This document shows, in pieces, positions 8,410-17,007 of a DNA stretch of 55,407 nucleotides. Below the pieces are notes generated by a model. It was not told the origin of the DNA. It did not search any database and was given only the letters and a program-made list of their open reading frames with translations. This DNA comes from an uncultured Halobacteriales archaeon (GTDB lineage: Archaea > Thermoplasmatota > E2 > JACPAO01), in the NCBI GenBank assembly GCA_964408365.1, contig CAYOZB010000003.1, positions 1-55,407 on the forward strand, read 5' to 3'. The translations under genes and the position numbers were made by a program. Each line of letters begins with the position of its first letter. Position 1 is the first letter of the stretch.

Positions 8410-8940
8410 TTGTTCGGGATGCCGAAGATCGTCGATGCCATCGTGCACGCGCGGGAACCGACCGTGCTCGAACTCACCTTGTCCCGACCGTCGCGCATCC
8501 ACGGTTTGGTGTGGGATCCCGACGCTGAAGCTGCGCTCGAAGGTACCGAAGTGCGTTTGTTGACGACGGAAGGTAACGTCGTCCGGACCACGTACACGGA
8601 TGGGACCGGGAACTACACCTTCGATGGATTGCGCGCTGGTACGTACAAGGTCGATGTGGTGACGCCCATGGGGTACGTCACCTCCACGGGCACGAAACCC
8701 GCCGCCGTCGGACCCAACCAGGCGACGGAGGTCGATTTCGAACTCCGACCCGGCGGTGTCGTTCGGGGACGGGTCGTCGACGAAGACACCGGCGAACCCT
8801 TGCCCGACGTCCAAGTCGTCCTGCTTGATTCCAACGGCAAGCCGTTGCGCCGCGTGACCACGACCCGGACCGGCGAATACGAATTCATCAACCTGCCCGA
8901 GGACCGCTACCAGGTCACCGTCGGCGACAGCGCCCTTTAG
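8410..8940 (+). CDS. Protein with two carboxypeptidase-regulatory-like (CnaB/SdrD B-type) repeats
   Basis: Two repeats of G.V.D...G.PL..V.V.L...G......T...G.Y.F..L..G.Y.V. Confidence 0.75.
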   Translation: MFGMPKIVDAIVHAREPTVLELTLSRPSRIHGLVWDPDAEAALEGTEVRLLTTEGNVVRTTYTDGTGNYTFDGLRAGTYKVDVVTPMGYVTSTGTKPAAVGPNQATEVDFELRPGGVVRGRVVDEDTGEPLPDVQVVLLDSNGKPLRRVTTTRTGEYEFINLPEDRYQVTVGDSAL

Positions 8941-9719
8941 CGGCCTTTTCCCAGGATCACGGGGATCAATTGCCGTAGGTCTTGTCCTTCGACGACGACG
9001 TCGGCTTCCTGACGCGTATGCTCATCCATGGCGTCGAAGGCGATCCCCAGACCGCTGGACCAGAACATGGGGACGTCGGGGGCGGAGTTCCCGACCGACG
9101 CCACCTGGCCCAGTTTCAGCCCCAATTCTTTCGCAAAGCGTCGGACCGGGATCGATTTGTCGCGAAGCGGTGTGTTCACGATCCCTTCTCCACTCAACCG
9201 CCGATCATCAAGCGTGACGAGCTCGTTCGCCGCCACCAATGGAATGCCAAGATGTCGGGCCACGCGCCGTGCCGCGTTCGCGATGCCGCCGGACACGACC
9301 GCCGTTTTGACGCCCGCATCGTGCAGCGCCACAACGAGGTCCTTCGCGCCCGGATGAAGCACGATGTGCGAGAGGATCTCTTCGATGTCGTCGATCGTGA
9401 CGTTGGGGTTCTTCTGTTTCCAGAGCGCAACGTCGCGTCGGATGAATTCTTCTTCGCTGATCTCCCCGTGAAGGAACAGGCGAAGACTGTCTTCGTTGCG
9501 AACCCCGAACGCTTCGTGGACGGCGACCCAGGAGGATTTGGCCTCGATTAACACGCCGTCCAAGTCGAAGCAGACGAGTTTGATCGGACCGGACCGCACC
9601 GGCTTGGTTGGACGCACGAGTTGATCGACGAACCGCTGCCACGCGTCTGCTTCGTGAGCGTGTCCCGTTGCCACGAGAGCGCCCGAGCCGTCGGAGCCCC
9701 AAAAAGCATTCGTGTGCAT
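8937..9719 (-). CDS. HAD-IB phosphatase, phosphoserine phosphatase (SerB)-like
   Basis: FDLDGVL motif I, VVSGG motif II and VGNSAPD motif IV. Confidence 0.85.
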   Translation of the reverse strand: MHTNAFWGSDGSGALVATGHAHEADAWQRFVDQLVRPTKPVRSGPIKLVCFDLDGVLIEAKSSWVAVHEAFGVRNEDSLRLFLHGEISEEEFIRRDVALWKQKNPNVTIDDIEEILSHIVLHPGAKDLVVALHDAGVKTAVVSGGIANAARRVARHLGIPLVAANELVTLDDRRLSGEGIVNTPLRDKSIPVRRFAKELGLKLGQVASVGNSAPDVPMFWSSGLGIAFDAMDEHTRQEADVVVEGQDLRQLIPVILGKGR

Positions 9720-9725
9720 GGGAAC

Positions 9726-9747
9726 TCCATGGAAAATTTCCCATGGA
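9726..9747. promoter_or_regulatory. Near-perfect 22-bp palindrome just upstream of the HAD gene
   Basis: TCCATGGAAAATTTCCCATGGA has one mismatched pair; an extra CATGGGAA half-site lies at 9717. Confidence 0.4.
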
Positions 9748-9966
9748 AGGTCAGATTCTCACGAGCCGGATGAACACGGGACCCGGCAACGTGCCCGGGA
9801 CGTCGCACTCCACCATCGTCGGAATCGCGTTTCAGTAAAGCTTCGACCTCTACGTGACGATGTTCTACTGAGAGCACGCACCGCCCGATTATTCCGCCCT
9901 CGTGGACAACTGAGTCGCAAACTGGTTCCGGAACGGCTAAGAAGCGGTCCGCGTAAGTCGGGCCCT

Positions 9967-10284
9967 GGCCACGGAGCGGCAGCGCGACCGACGGTTGGCC
10001 CGGGAGTGATTCCGGGTTTCAGCTGAGGAACGTCCGCCCTCCACACAAAACGGGAGCCTCAAGAGAGGCGGCTGGGAGACTGGTCGCGGAGGCGCAGCTA
10101 CGACACAGCCGCGGGTTCAAGCGATGACGGGGACTGCCCCCGAGGTCGCCTGCGGACGTGATGAAACGGCCATCCGCCCCGGGAGCAAGCCCAGTATGGG
10201 TGCTCAGTAGAATGTCGCAAGCCGCTCCGGTCCTTCGGGATCGGGTCGGGGAACAGAAGGTGGCGTACTCGCCGCACCGTGGCC
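9967..10284 (+). ncRNA. rnpB: Archaeal RNase P RNA
   Basis: P1 GGCCACGG-a-GCGGC / GCCGC-a-CCGUGGCC; CR-I GAGGAACGUCCGCC; CR-V AACAGAAGGUGGCGUA forming P4 with a bulged U; UGAAAC (CR-III); GGAGCAAG; AGAAUG (CR-IV). Confidence 0.93.
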
Positions 10285-10315
10285 TCCTTATCCTTTGCGC
10301 CCTTCGCCGAAGCTG

Positions 10316-10537
10316 ATGGTCGCGGCGAAAAGACTCAAGGTCATCCCCAAACCGGGACCTGGTCGGCTCAATTTCATCAACGCGAGCGCCGGCTCCCAGG
10401 CGCCGCTCATGAAGGGTCCGGGCACGATCGACCTTAGCTGCGGCGGATGCGGCGAGGTGCTCGTCAAGGGCCTGGGATCCGAGGTCGAAGGGTTCGCCCT
10501 CCAATGCCCCTCGTGCCGCAAATATAACCAAGCGTAA
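10316..10537 (+). CDS. Small Zn-ribbon protein (CGGC...CPSC)
   Basis: 73 aa from ATG 10316 with two CxxC pairs; lies directly downstream of rnpB. Confidence 0.65.
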   Translation: MVAAKRLKVIPKPGPGRLNFINASAGSQAPLMKGPGTIDLSCGGCGEVLVKGLGSEVEGFALQCPSCRKYNQA

Positions 10538-10625
10538 GGGCAAAACGGCGTCGGACCCGGCGGGCGTCAACTATTATGTTTTCTCCCAACCCCCTAAATA
10601 TGCGCCCGCCGAGAGTCAAATAGGC

Positions 10626-12839
10626 TTGAGGCACGGCGAGGGGAGCGTTGGGTTCGTCAACTGGGCCGTAGCGGCCAACATCACCCTCCTCGCATTGTAC
10701 GTCCTCATCGCCACCGTGCCCGTCTTTCGCGACACAACGACCGTCGTCGGGGCCGCGTTCCTCATCCTCGGCTGCCTATTCGTCTCCCAAGAAGCGTGGA
10801 CGACAAGCCTCCGACACAACGCCACGGCCCGCGGCTGGTTCTTCATCGCCCTCACGTACCTCGCCTCGGCCACGGGTTGGCTCATCGCCTCCGTTCTCGT
10901 CGCCATCGAGGGCCGTCTCCCATCGTCCCCCCACTGGATCGAGCTGGTCTTCCTGTCCGCCTACGTGTTCGCGATGCTCGGCATCCTCTACTTCGGCGGC
11001 GGCACAGCGCGCCAAGGCACGTCTTGGAGCCGGATCCTGGATGGGGTCATCGTCACCAGTGCCCTCGGCGTCGCCGTCTGGGCACTCTTCCTCTCCAGGA
11101 TCCTCGACATCCCCGGATTGACCTTGGCGCAGCGCATCGGCGGTCTCGTTTTCCCCGCCGCCGACCTCATCCTTCTCACCGCCGTGATCCTTCTCATTTC
11201 TCGCGACCGACGTCGCATCAACGCGAGCCTCGCCTACGTCTGCGGCGCCATCCTTCTCATCGTCTGCGCCGATCTCACCACCTGGTACGTCTCCGTCCTC
11301 GAACCCACCGCCTCCCAGGCCGCCATCCCAGCCCTCTTCCTCGGATCGACACTCCTCATGACGTTGGGAGCGCGCGCTGCTCGACGCGCAACCACGCCGC
11401 CCGTTCCTGCGGGGGTCGAGGGACGCCGTCTCGTGTTCGTCCCGTACGTGCCGGTCGCCATGGCCTTCGCCTTCGCCCTGCCGCGCGTCATCTCCACCCA
11501 CAACGTCGACGTCGTCACATTGTCGGTCGGGATCTTGATGGTCGTCGCGGTGCTCGGCCGGCAATACATCGCGCTTAGCGACAACGCTCGGCTCGTGCGC
11601 GACGCCAACCAAGCGCTGCTGACCGCCGCGGCCCACGCCAACGAGGCCCGGGAGCGCGAACTGCACCACCGGCAAGTGCTGGATGCCCTCGACGACGTCG
11701 TCTGCATCGTCCGTCGCGGCGGCAAGGTCAGTTGGGCAAGCGGCGCCTTCGAACGCGTTTTTGGCGTGCCCAGCGAAGAAGCCGTCGGCCGACGCATCAC
11801 CGACTTCCTGGAACCCTTTTCCCCAAGCGACGGACCGATCCGAGTCGACGTGCCCTTCCAACGCGAAGCCCTCGCCAAGACGCTTGCCGGTGATCGGCTC
11901 CAGGTGGAACTTACCGTCCTCGACGCCGAATCCCCGGCGGCCGGACCCGGCGGACGCATCCTCATCCTACGCGACGTCACCGACCGCAAGCGCATGGAGG
12001 CCGAGCGCGCCAACGCGCTGCGGCAGCAAGGCGAACTCGACCGTCTCGAGGAAATGAACCGCTTCAAATCGTCGTTCCTCAACATGGCCGCCCATGAATT
12101 GGGAACGCCCCTCACCCCGTTGCGCATCCAGCTCCATCTTCTCCAACAACTCGGGACCCACCAACCCGAGCGCACCGCCCAATCCCTCGCGATGATCACG
12201 CGAAACGTCGACAGGCTCTCCGACCTGGTCCGTGACATCCTCGACGCCAGCCGCATCCAAGCCTCCCGCATCGCCCTACGGCCGCAGCACGTCAACCTTG
12301 CCACGCTGGCGCAAGAAACCCTGGAATCCTATCGTGTCGTCGCGGAGGCCGCAGGCGTCGAGGTACGGTTCTCCGGCGCCCCCGTTCCGTCGATCGTCTG
12401 CGACCCAGGACGCGTCGCCCAGGTCGTGTTGAACTTCCTTTCGAACGCCGTGAAATTCACCCCGAGCCGTGGTCTCATCCACGTCGCGGTCCAAGAACGC
12501 AGCGAAGGCGTCATGCTCACTGTCACCGACAACGGCGTCGGGCTCGACGACGCCCAGATGCAATTGTTGTTCAAACCCTTCAGCCAGGTGCATGCGCCCG
12601 ATCCTCGAAAGGGCGGCACGGGACTCGGTCTCTACATCTCGCGCGGGATCATCGAGGCCTCCGGCGGCCACGTATGGGCAGAAAGCCTCGGGCCCGGCAA
12701 CGGCACCACATTCGGGTTCTTCCTGCCGCGCGAACCCACCCCGTCGGCGCCAGCGTCCGCGCCGGTCGCCCAAGGGCAAGAGGAGCACCAACCCCTTGCC
12801 CGGAACGAACCACCGACGCAGGTCGCGCAGCCCTTTTGA
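10626..12839 (+). CDS. Multi-TM PAS-domain sensor histidine kinase
   Basis: About 10 N-terminal TM helices, a PAS domain ending RDVTDRK, H-box AAHELGTPL, N-box NFLSNAVKFT, DNGVG and GGTGLGL. Confidence 0.93.
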   Translation: MRHGEGSVGFVNWAVAANITLLALYVLIATVPVFRDTTTVVGAAFLILGCLFVSQEAWTTSLRHNATARGWFFIALTYLASATGWLIASVLVAIEGRLPSSPHWIELVFLSAYVFAMLGILYFGGGTARQGTSWSRILDGVIVTSALGVAVWALFLSRILDIPGLTLAQRIGGLVFPAADLILLTAVILLISRDRRRINASLAYVCGAILLIVCADLTTWYVSVLEPTASQAAIPALFLGSTLLMTLGARAARRATTPPVPAGVEGRRLVFVPYVPVAMAFAFALPRVISTHNVDVVTLSVGILMVVAVLGRQYIALSDNARLVRDANQALLTAAAHANEARERELHHRQVLDALDDVVCIVRRGGKVSWASGAFERVFGVPSEEAVGRRITDFLEPFSPSDGPIRVDVPFQREALAKTLAGDRLQVELTVLDAESPAAGPGGRILILRDVTDRKRMEAERANALRQQGELDRLEEMNRFKSSFLNMAAHELGTPLTPLRIQLHLLQQLGTHQPERTAQSLAMITRNVDRLSDLVRDILDASRIQASRIALRPQHVNLATLAQETLESYRVVAEAAGVEVRFSGAPVPSIVCDPGRVAQVVLNFLSNAVKFTPSRGLIHVAVQERSEGVMLTVTDNGVGLDDAQMQLLFKPFSQVHAPDPRKGGTGLGLYISRGIIEASGGHVWAESLGPGNGTTFGFFLPREPTPSAPASAPVAQGQEEHQPLARNEPPTQVAQPF

Positions 12840-12865
12840 GCCATCACTGACGTGCGCGGCGACGG

Positions 12866-13702
12866 ATGCGTCGCCGTCCATTCGGGCCCACGGGGATCGA
12901 GGTTCCCGTCATCGGCCAGGGAACCTGGAAACTGAAACGTCCCGACCAGGCGGAGCGAGCGCTGCACTTGGGCATCGAACTCGGCTTGACGCACATCGAC
13001 ACCGCCGAACTGTACCGTGGATCCGAAGAGGTCGTCGGACGCGCGATCAAAGGCCGAAGAGACGACGTGTTCCTGGTCAGCAAAGTCCTGCCCACGAACG
13101 CGTCGTACCAAGGGACCCTCGACGCGTGCGAACGATCCCTCAAACGACTCCAGACGGACCGCCTCGACGTGTACCTCCTCCACTGGTGGAGCTCGCAGCA
13201 TCCCATCGAGGATACGATGCGTGCCATGGGGGAACTCGTCGACGCGAAGAAGATCCGGTTCGTCGGCGTCAGTAACCTGATGGTCGATGAGCTTGAGAAA
13301 GCCCAAGCCGCCTTGGGTCCAAAAAAGATCGTCTGCAACCAGGTCTACTATGCGATGGACGCGCGGAACATCGAGAACGAACTCCTGCCTTACTGCAAAC
13401 AGAACGGTATCGCCATCGTCGGGTACTCTCCCTTCGGCAGCGGCAACTTTCCATCCTCCCGCACGGCGCGCGGGGGCAAGGTCCTCGAGGCGGTCGCCAA
13501 GGAACGCGGCCTCAGCGCCCACCAGGTCGTATTGTCGTTCCTCTCGCAGGACGGAAACGTGTTCCTGATCCCCAAAGCCGAGACGGAAGGGCACGTGCGC
13601 GAGAACGCGTCCGCATTCGAGCGACCGCTCACGCGCGGCGAGATCGACGAACTTGACGCGGCGTTCCCGCGCGGCCGGTCGACCCAGATCCAGTACGTGT
13701 GA
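12866..13702 (+). CDS. Aldo/keto reductase
   Basis: IGQGTW, IDTAELY, SKV, LDVYLLHW, GVSN, YSPFG and IPK motifs. Confidence 0.95.
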   Translation: MRRRPFGPTGIEVPVIGQGTWKLKRPDQAERALHLGIELGLTHIDTAELYRGSEEVVGRAIKGRRDDVFLVSKVLPTNASYQGTLDACERSLKRLQTDRLDVYLLHWWSSQHPIEDTMRAMGELVDAKKIRFVGVSNLMVDELEKAQAALGPKKIVCNQVYYAMDARNIENELLPYCKQNGIAIVGYSPFGSGNFPSSRTARGGKVLEAVAKERGLSAHQVVLSFLSQDGNVFLIPKAETEGHVRENASAFERPLTRGEIDELDAAFPRGRSTQIQYV

Positions 13703-14242
13703 TTATTGTCGGGTCTGAATGGTCGGCTGGAACGCCGAGGCCGGGGTTGGTTCCGGAGTCTGGGCGAACGTCGCGGGTTCGGGTTGGCCATCGGTGCGGG
13801 GAACCGTGCGGGGCTCGATGACGCTCTGCACGACGACGCGCAATTCGAGTCCCTCAAGCCGCAGGGGCGCAAGTTTCTGTTCCATGACGCGACCGAGGTG
13901 GTCGAGGTCCTTGACCATCAATGTAAGCACGAGGGGTTTCGGGCCGGAGGTGAGTTGGGCTTCGACGATCTCCGGGACGAGCTTGAGTTCGTTGGTGAGG
14001 CGGGGGACATCGCTAAGAGGGCAGTCTGCGCGGACCAAGGCGCGCACACGCAGGCCGAGGCGTTCGTTGTCGACGATCGCTCGGTAGCCCTTGACGATGC
14101 CGGCCGTTTCGAGGACGGACAACCGTTCGCGGACCGTGCTTTCGGCGCGTCGTACGTGCCGTGCGAGGTCTGTCACACTCATGCGTCCATCGCGCTCAAG
14201 GAGCTCGATGAGAGCGAGGTTGATCCGGTCGATGTTGGCCAT
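13703..14242 (-). CDS. Lrp/AsnC family transcriptional regulator
   Basis: IDRINLALIELLERDGRMSVTDLA...VRERLSVLETAGIVKGY followed by a RAM domain. ATG 14242 follows GAGG. Confidence 0.92.
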   Translation of the reverse strand: MANIDRINLALIELLERDGRMSVTDLARHVRRAESTVRERLSVLETAGIVKGYRAIVDNERLGLRVRALVRADCPLSDVPRLTNELKLVPEIVEAQLTSGPKPLVLTLMVKDLDHLGRVMEQKLAPLRLEGLELRVVVQSVIEPRTVPRTDGQPEPATFAQTPEPTPASAFQPTIQTRQ

Positions 14243-14408
14243 GCCTCGACCATCGCGGCTGAGCATATGAGGCTTCAGCCGAAAGCGAGGGCCCAAATGT
14301 TACCGCGGAATCCGCGTGGTTTGGTTCGAGTGGAGTATTTTCCCAAGAAAATCACGCAGTTTCCAGTGGAAATGAAGGTTTAGAGCCAGTGTCTCGGATT
14401 TTCGCTAT

Positions 14409-15341
14409 TCACGGCAACCGCAGCACGATAAGGGTCTCTTCCGTGCCATCGATGACGAACGGCGCGGCAATAGCCTCGACTTCCACGCTGGAACGACCTT
14501 CGGTGCGGAACCGCTCCCGACGACGGGCCCCATGGAGCGTCCGGCTGGGAACTCCGTGCAGAGGACAGTCGGCCGCGGGAACCGCAGAAATGCCGTCTGT
14601 ACCAAGATGGTACCGGGCATGGATGTCTTGGCCGACGAGTTGGGCGGATCTAAGCCCGAAGAGTTCTCCCGCCGATTCGTTGGCAAACGTCGCCCGGCCC
14701 AGGCGATCCACGATGTAGACGGGGTCTCGAAGTGCTTCAAAGAGGAGCTCTTGTTCGCGTCGTACCTTTCGGATCCGTCGTTCGACCTCACGAAAATGGA
14801 CGGCCGCGCCGACGATGTGGCCGAGATCGGCGAGGTACGCGACCTGGTCCTGACTGGGGTTGAATTCCTCGCGGGTGAAGAACTCGACAACGCCGTAGAG
14901 CTGACCGGCTGCGGAGATCGGGATGGCGACGAGGCCGCGCACGCCCAACGCGATTGCCTGTTTCGCGGCTTCGAATGTCGGTTCGACGGTGACGTTGGGG
15001 ATCCAGCGCGGTGCTCCCTCCCGGACGACCGCGGCGTCGAATTCTCCCCCGTTCTCTTCACGGGAGCGTTCCGATAGGCCGCGCAGTTGGTTTTGTTGGG
15101 GACCGTTGCTGGGAAACCGGATCTTCGTAGGGGTAAACGAACCGTTTCCTCGAACGTGCTCGAAGAACAATCCAATCGGCCAGCCGAAACCGTTGCAGAC
15201 GGCCGCGGTGAACGAGGAAATCGCTTCCTCCCCAGAAGTTTGCTGCCGGGTTCCGAGGAGAACGCCGCGAAGAACTTGGAAACGTCGCTGGTAACGCTCG
15301 ACTTGCGCCTGCAGGGTATCTCCGGTAAACGGCAACGGCAC
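14409..15341 (-). CDS. Stand-alone GAF + PAS domain sensory protein
   Basis: GAF features (LVAIPI...LYGVVEFF) then a PAS domain (DPVYIVDRLGRATFANESAGELFG). No output domain. Confidence 0.8.
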   Translation of the reverse strand: MPLPFTGDTLQAQVERYQRRFQVLRGVLLGTRQQTSGEEAISSFTAAVCNGFGWPIGLFFEHVRGNGSFTPTKIRFPSNGPQQNQLRGLSERSREENGGEFDAAVVREGAPRWIPNVTVEPTFEAAKQAIALGVRGLVAIPISAAGQLYGVVEFFTREEFNPSQDQVAYLADLGHIVGAAVHFREVERRIRKVRREQELLFEALRDPVYIVDRLGRATFANESAGELFGLRSAQLVGQDIHARYHLGTDGISAVPAADCPLHGVPSRTLHGARRRERFRTEGRSSVEVEAIAAPFVIDGTEETLIVLRLP

Positions 15342-15395
15342 CGGGCGTTGAAGGCGCGCAGTATCGCAATTATGGCTTGTGGGGCGGAGGTCGAT

Positions 15396-16844
15396 TCAAG
15401 ATTGAACTGGAACAGGTTTCACGACACTTTGCGCGGTGACGGTCGGCCAGTAGCGTCGCCATTTGCCTTCCTGCTTGATTGCAAGACGGCCCTTCGCGGC
15501 CAATTGTTTCGTGTGATAGGAGACCGATTCGCGTGGCAGGCCAAGGAGTTGCGAGAGTTCCTTCTGGGTCAGGCCGGGATTGGCGCCGATCGCTTCGACG
15601 AGTTGGATCTGGGTGCGCGTGAGGTAGGATTCCATCACGATCTTCGGGCCGCGCACGTAGAAGCGCGTGCGGAAACCGTCCCGGACGCCTTTGACGTATT
15701 CTTGGCCCTCGAGGATGCGCAAATGGTGGACCAATGTGCCGTTGGAGAGCGCGAGTTCGCGACGTAGGTCGGAGAAGCTCGGTCCCGGGTTCTGTTTGAT
15801 GAACCGGTAGAGTTCGTCGCGTTTGTTGTGTTCCAGCACTTCGTCCTTTTCGAGACGGCTGAAGCCGGGGATTAGGAAGAGGAGTTTCCAGAGTTGGAAG
15901 CGCCCATACTCCGTCGCGAGACCAGCGGCGAGCACCAGGAGGCCGCCACCCATGAAGGTGAACCCGACCGCGGCGCCGACGTCCTTGACGGTTCCGCTCA
16001 ACCCGGCGGAGCTGGATTGGACGGTGAACGTCACGAGGGAATCCATAAGCACCAGTTGTTCGCCGCGGGTCTCGGCGCGGATGCCGGTCCCGTCCCATAG
16101 CGCGGCGACCTTGGCAGGCTGGATGGAGCCTTGGTCGATCTTGTGTCCGACTTTGGGAAGGATCAGGAAGACCTGCGGATCGTCTCCTGCGTCCGAAGGT
16201 TCTTGGAAGTCGGCGCGATCGTTCTCGGCGGGCGACTGGAAAGGCCAGGCAAGATTGCCCGGGTCGACAGCCGGTGACGAGGAACGGGCCCACGGCGGAC
16301 CGGCTCCGCTCCAGCCGCCCCAGTCGTTTTCACCGAACGCTGTTCCCATGTAGCAGCCGATCGCTTCGCCGAACGAGTCCAATTCGTCGAATTCGACTTG
16401 GACCCGGTGTGACGCTCCGCGGGCCGTCGGATAGAGGAATGTGAACGCGGCCGTGACCGTGATCGGACTCGTCGAAGAGACCGCGCCTGTGGCGCGTTCC
16501 GCGCGGCCACTCATCAGGCTGAGGCGCTTGGGTGTCTTTTCATCGATCAGGGCAAGCTCGAAGGCGTCGAAACATTGCGGCGCGTCCTCCTCGAACTTCA
16601 TCGTGCCTTCGGCGCTGAAGCGGGAGACCTCGTCCATCGTGACGGTCCCGTCTCCGTTCCCGAAGTCGTCATCGATTTCGGTTCGCATTTCCACCGCGTC
16701 TTCAGCTGTCAGGACGGCGACCATGCGGACGACGACCTCATCGCTGTCTACGTCAACGGCGATCTGTTCGTCGATCTCGTCTGCGGAGGCGACCGGGCTC
16801 AGAGCCACCAAAATTGCCAAGGCGACCAGCGTCCACCGCGTCAT
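15396..16844 (-). CDS. Membrane-spanning regulator: signal peptide, extracellular domain, TM helix, cytoplasmic double winged-HTH (COG3398-type)
   Basis: MTRWTLVALAILVALSPVASA leader; TM near AAVGFTFMGGGLLVLAAG; VLEHNKRDELYRFIKQNPGPSFSDL...HHLRILE and a second NPGLTQKELS HTH. Confidence 0.88.
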   Translation of the reverse strand: MTRWTLVALAILVALSPVASADEIDEQIAVDVDSDEVVVRMVAVLTAEDAVEMRTEIDDDFGNGDGTVTMDEVSRFSAEGTMKFEEDAPQCFDAFELALIDEKTPKRLSLMSGRAERATGAVSSTSPITVTAAFTFLYPTARGASHRVQVEFDELDSFGEAIGCYMGTAFGENDWGGWSGAGPPWARSSSPAVDPGNLAWPFQSPAENDRADFQEPSDAGDDPQVFLILPKVGHKIDQGSIQPAKVAALWDGTGIRAETRGEQLVLMDSLVTFTVQSSSAGLSGTVKDVGAAVGFTFMGGGLLVLAAGLATEYGRFQLWKLLFLIPGFSRLEKDEVLEHNKRDELYRFIKQNPGPSFSDLRRELALSNGTLVHHLRILEGQEYVKGVRDGFRTRFYVRGPKIVMESYLTRTQIQLVEAIGANPGLTQKELSQLLGLPRESVSYHTKQLAAKGRLAIKQEGKWRRYWPTVTAQSVVKPVPVQS

Positions 16845-16970
16845 TCCAACCGTTCGACCTCTGCCCAGGATATATGCCGTCGATGGAGGGGGTTTATCCG
16901 CATTGTCGCCGCGGATTTGCCCTCGAGGCTCCAGATGAAGCGCGGAAACACTGGAAACATCGCTTCCAGA

Positions 16971-16983
16971 GAATGGTTTTATC
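16971..16983 (+). promoter_or_regulatory. BRE/TATA-like promoter of the structured RNA
   Basis: GAATGGTTTTATC lies about 25-30 nt upstream of the 5' end of the terminal helix (17008), the usual archaeal spacing. Confidence 0.55.
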
Positions 16984-17007
16984 GGCCAAGTGATTACAGA
17001 GGTTTCC

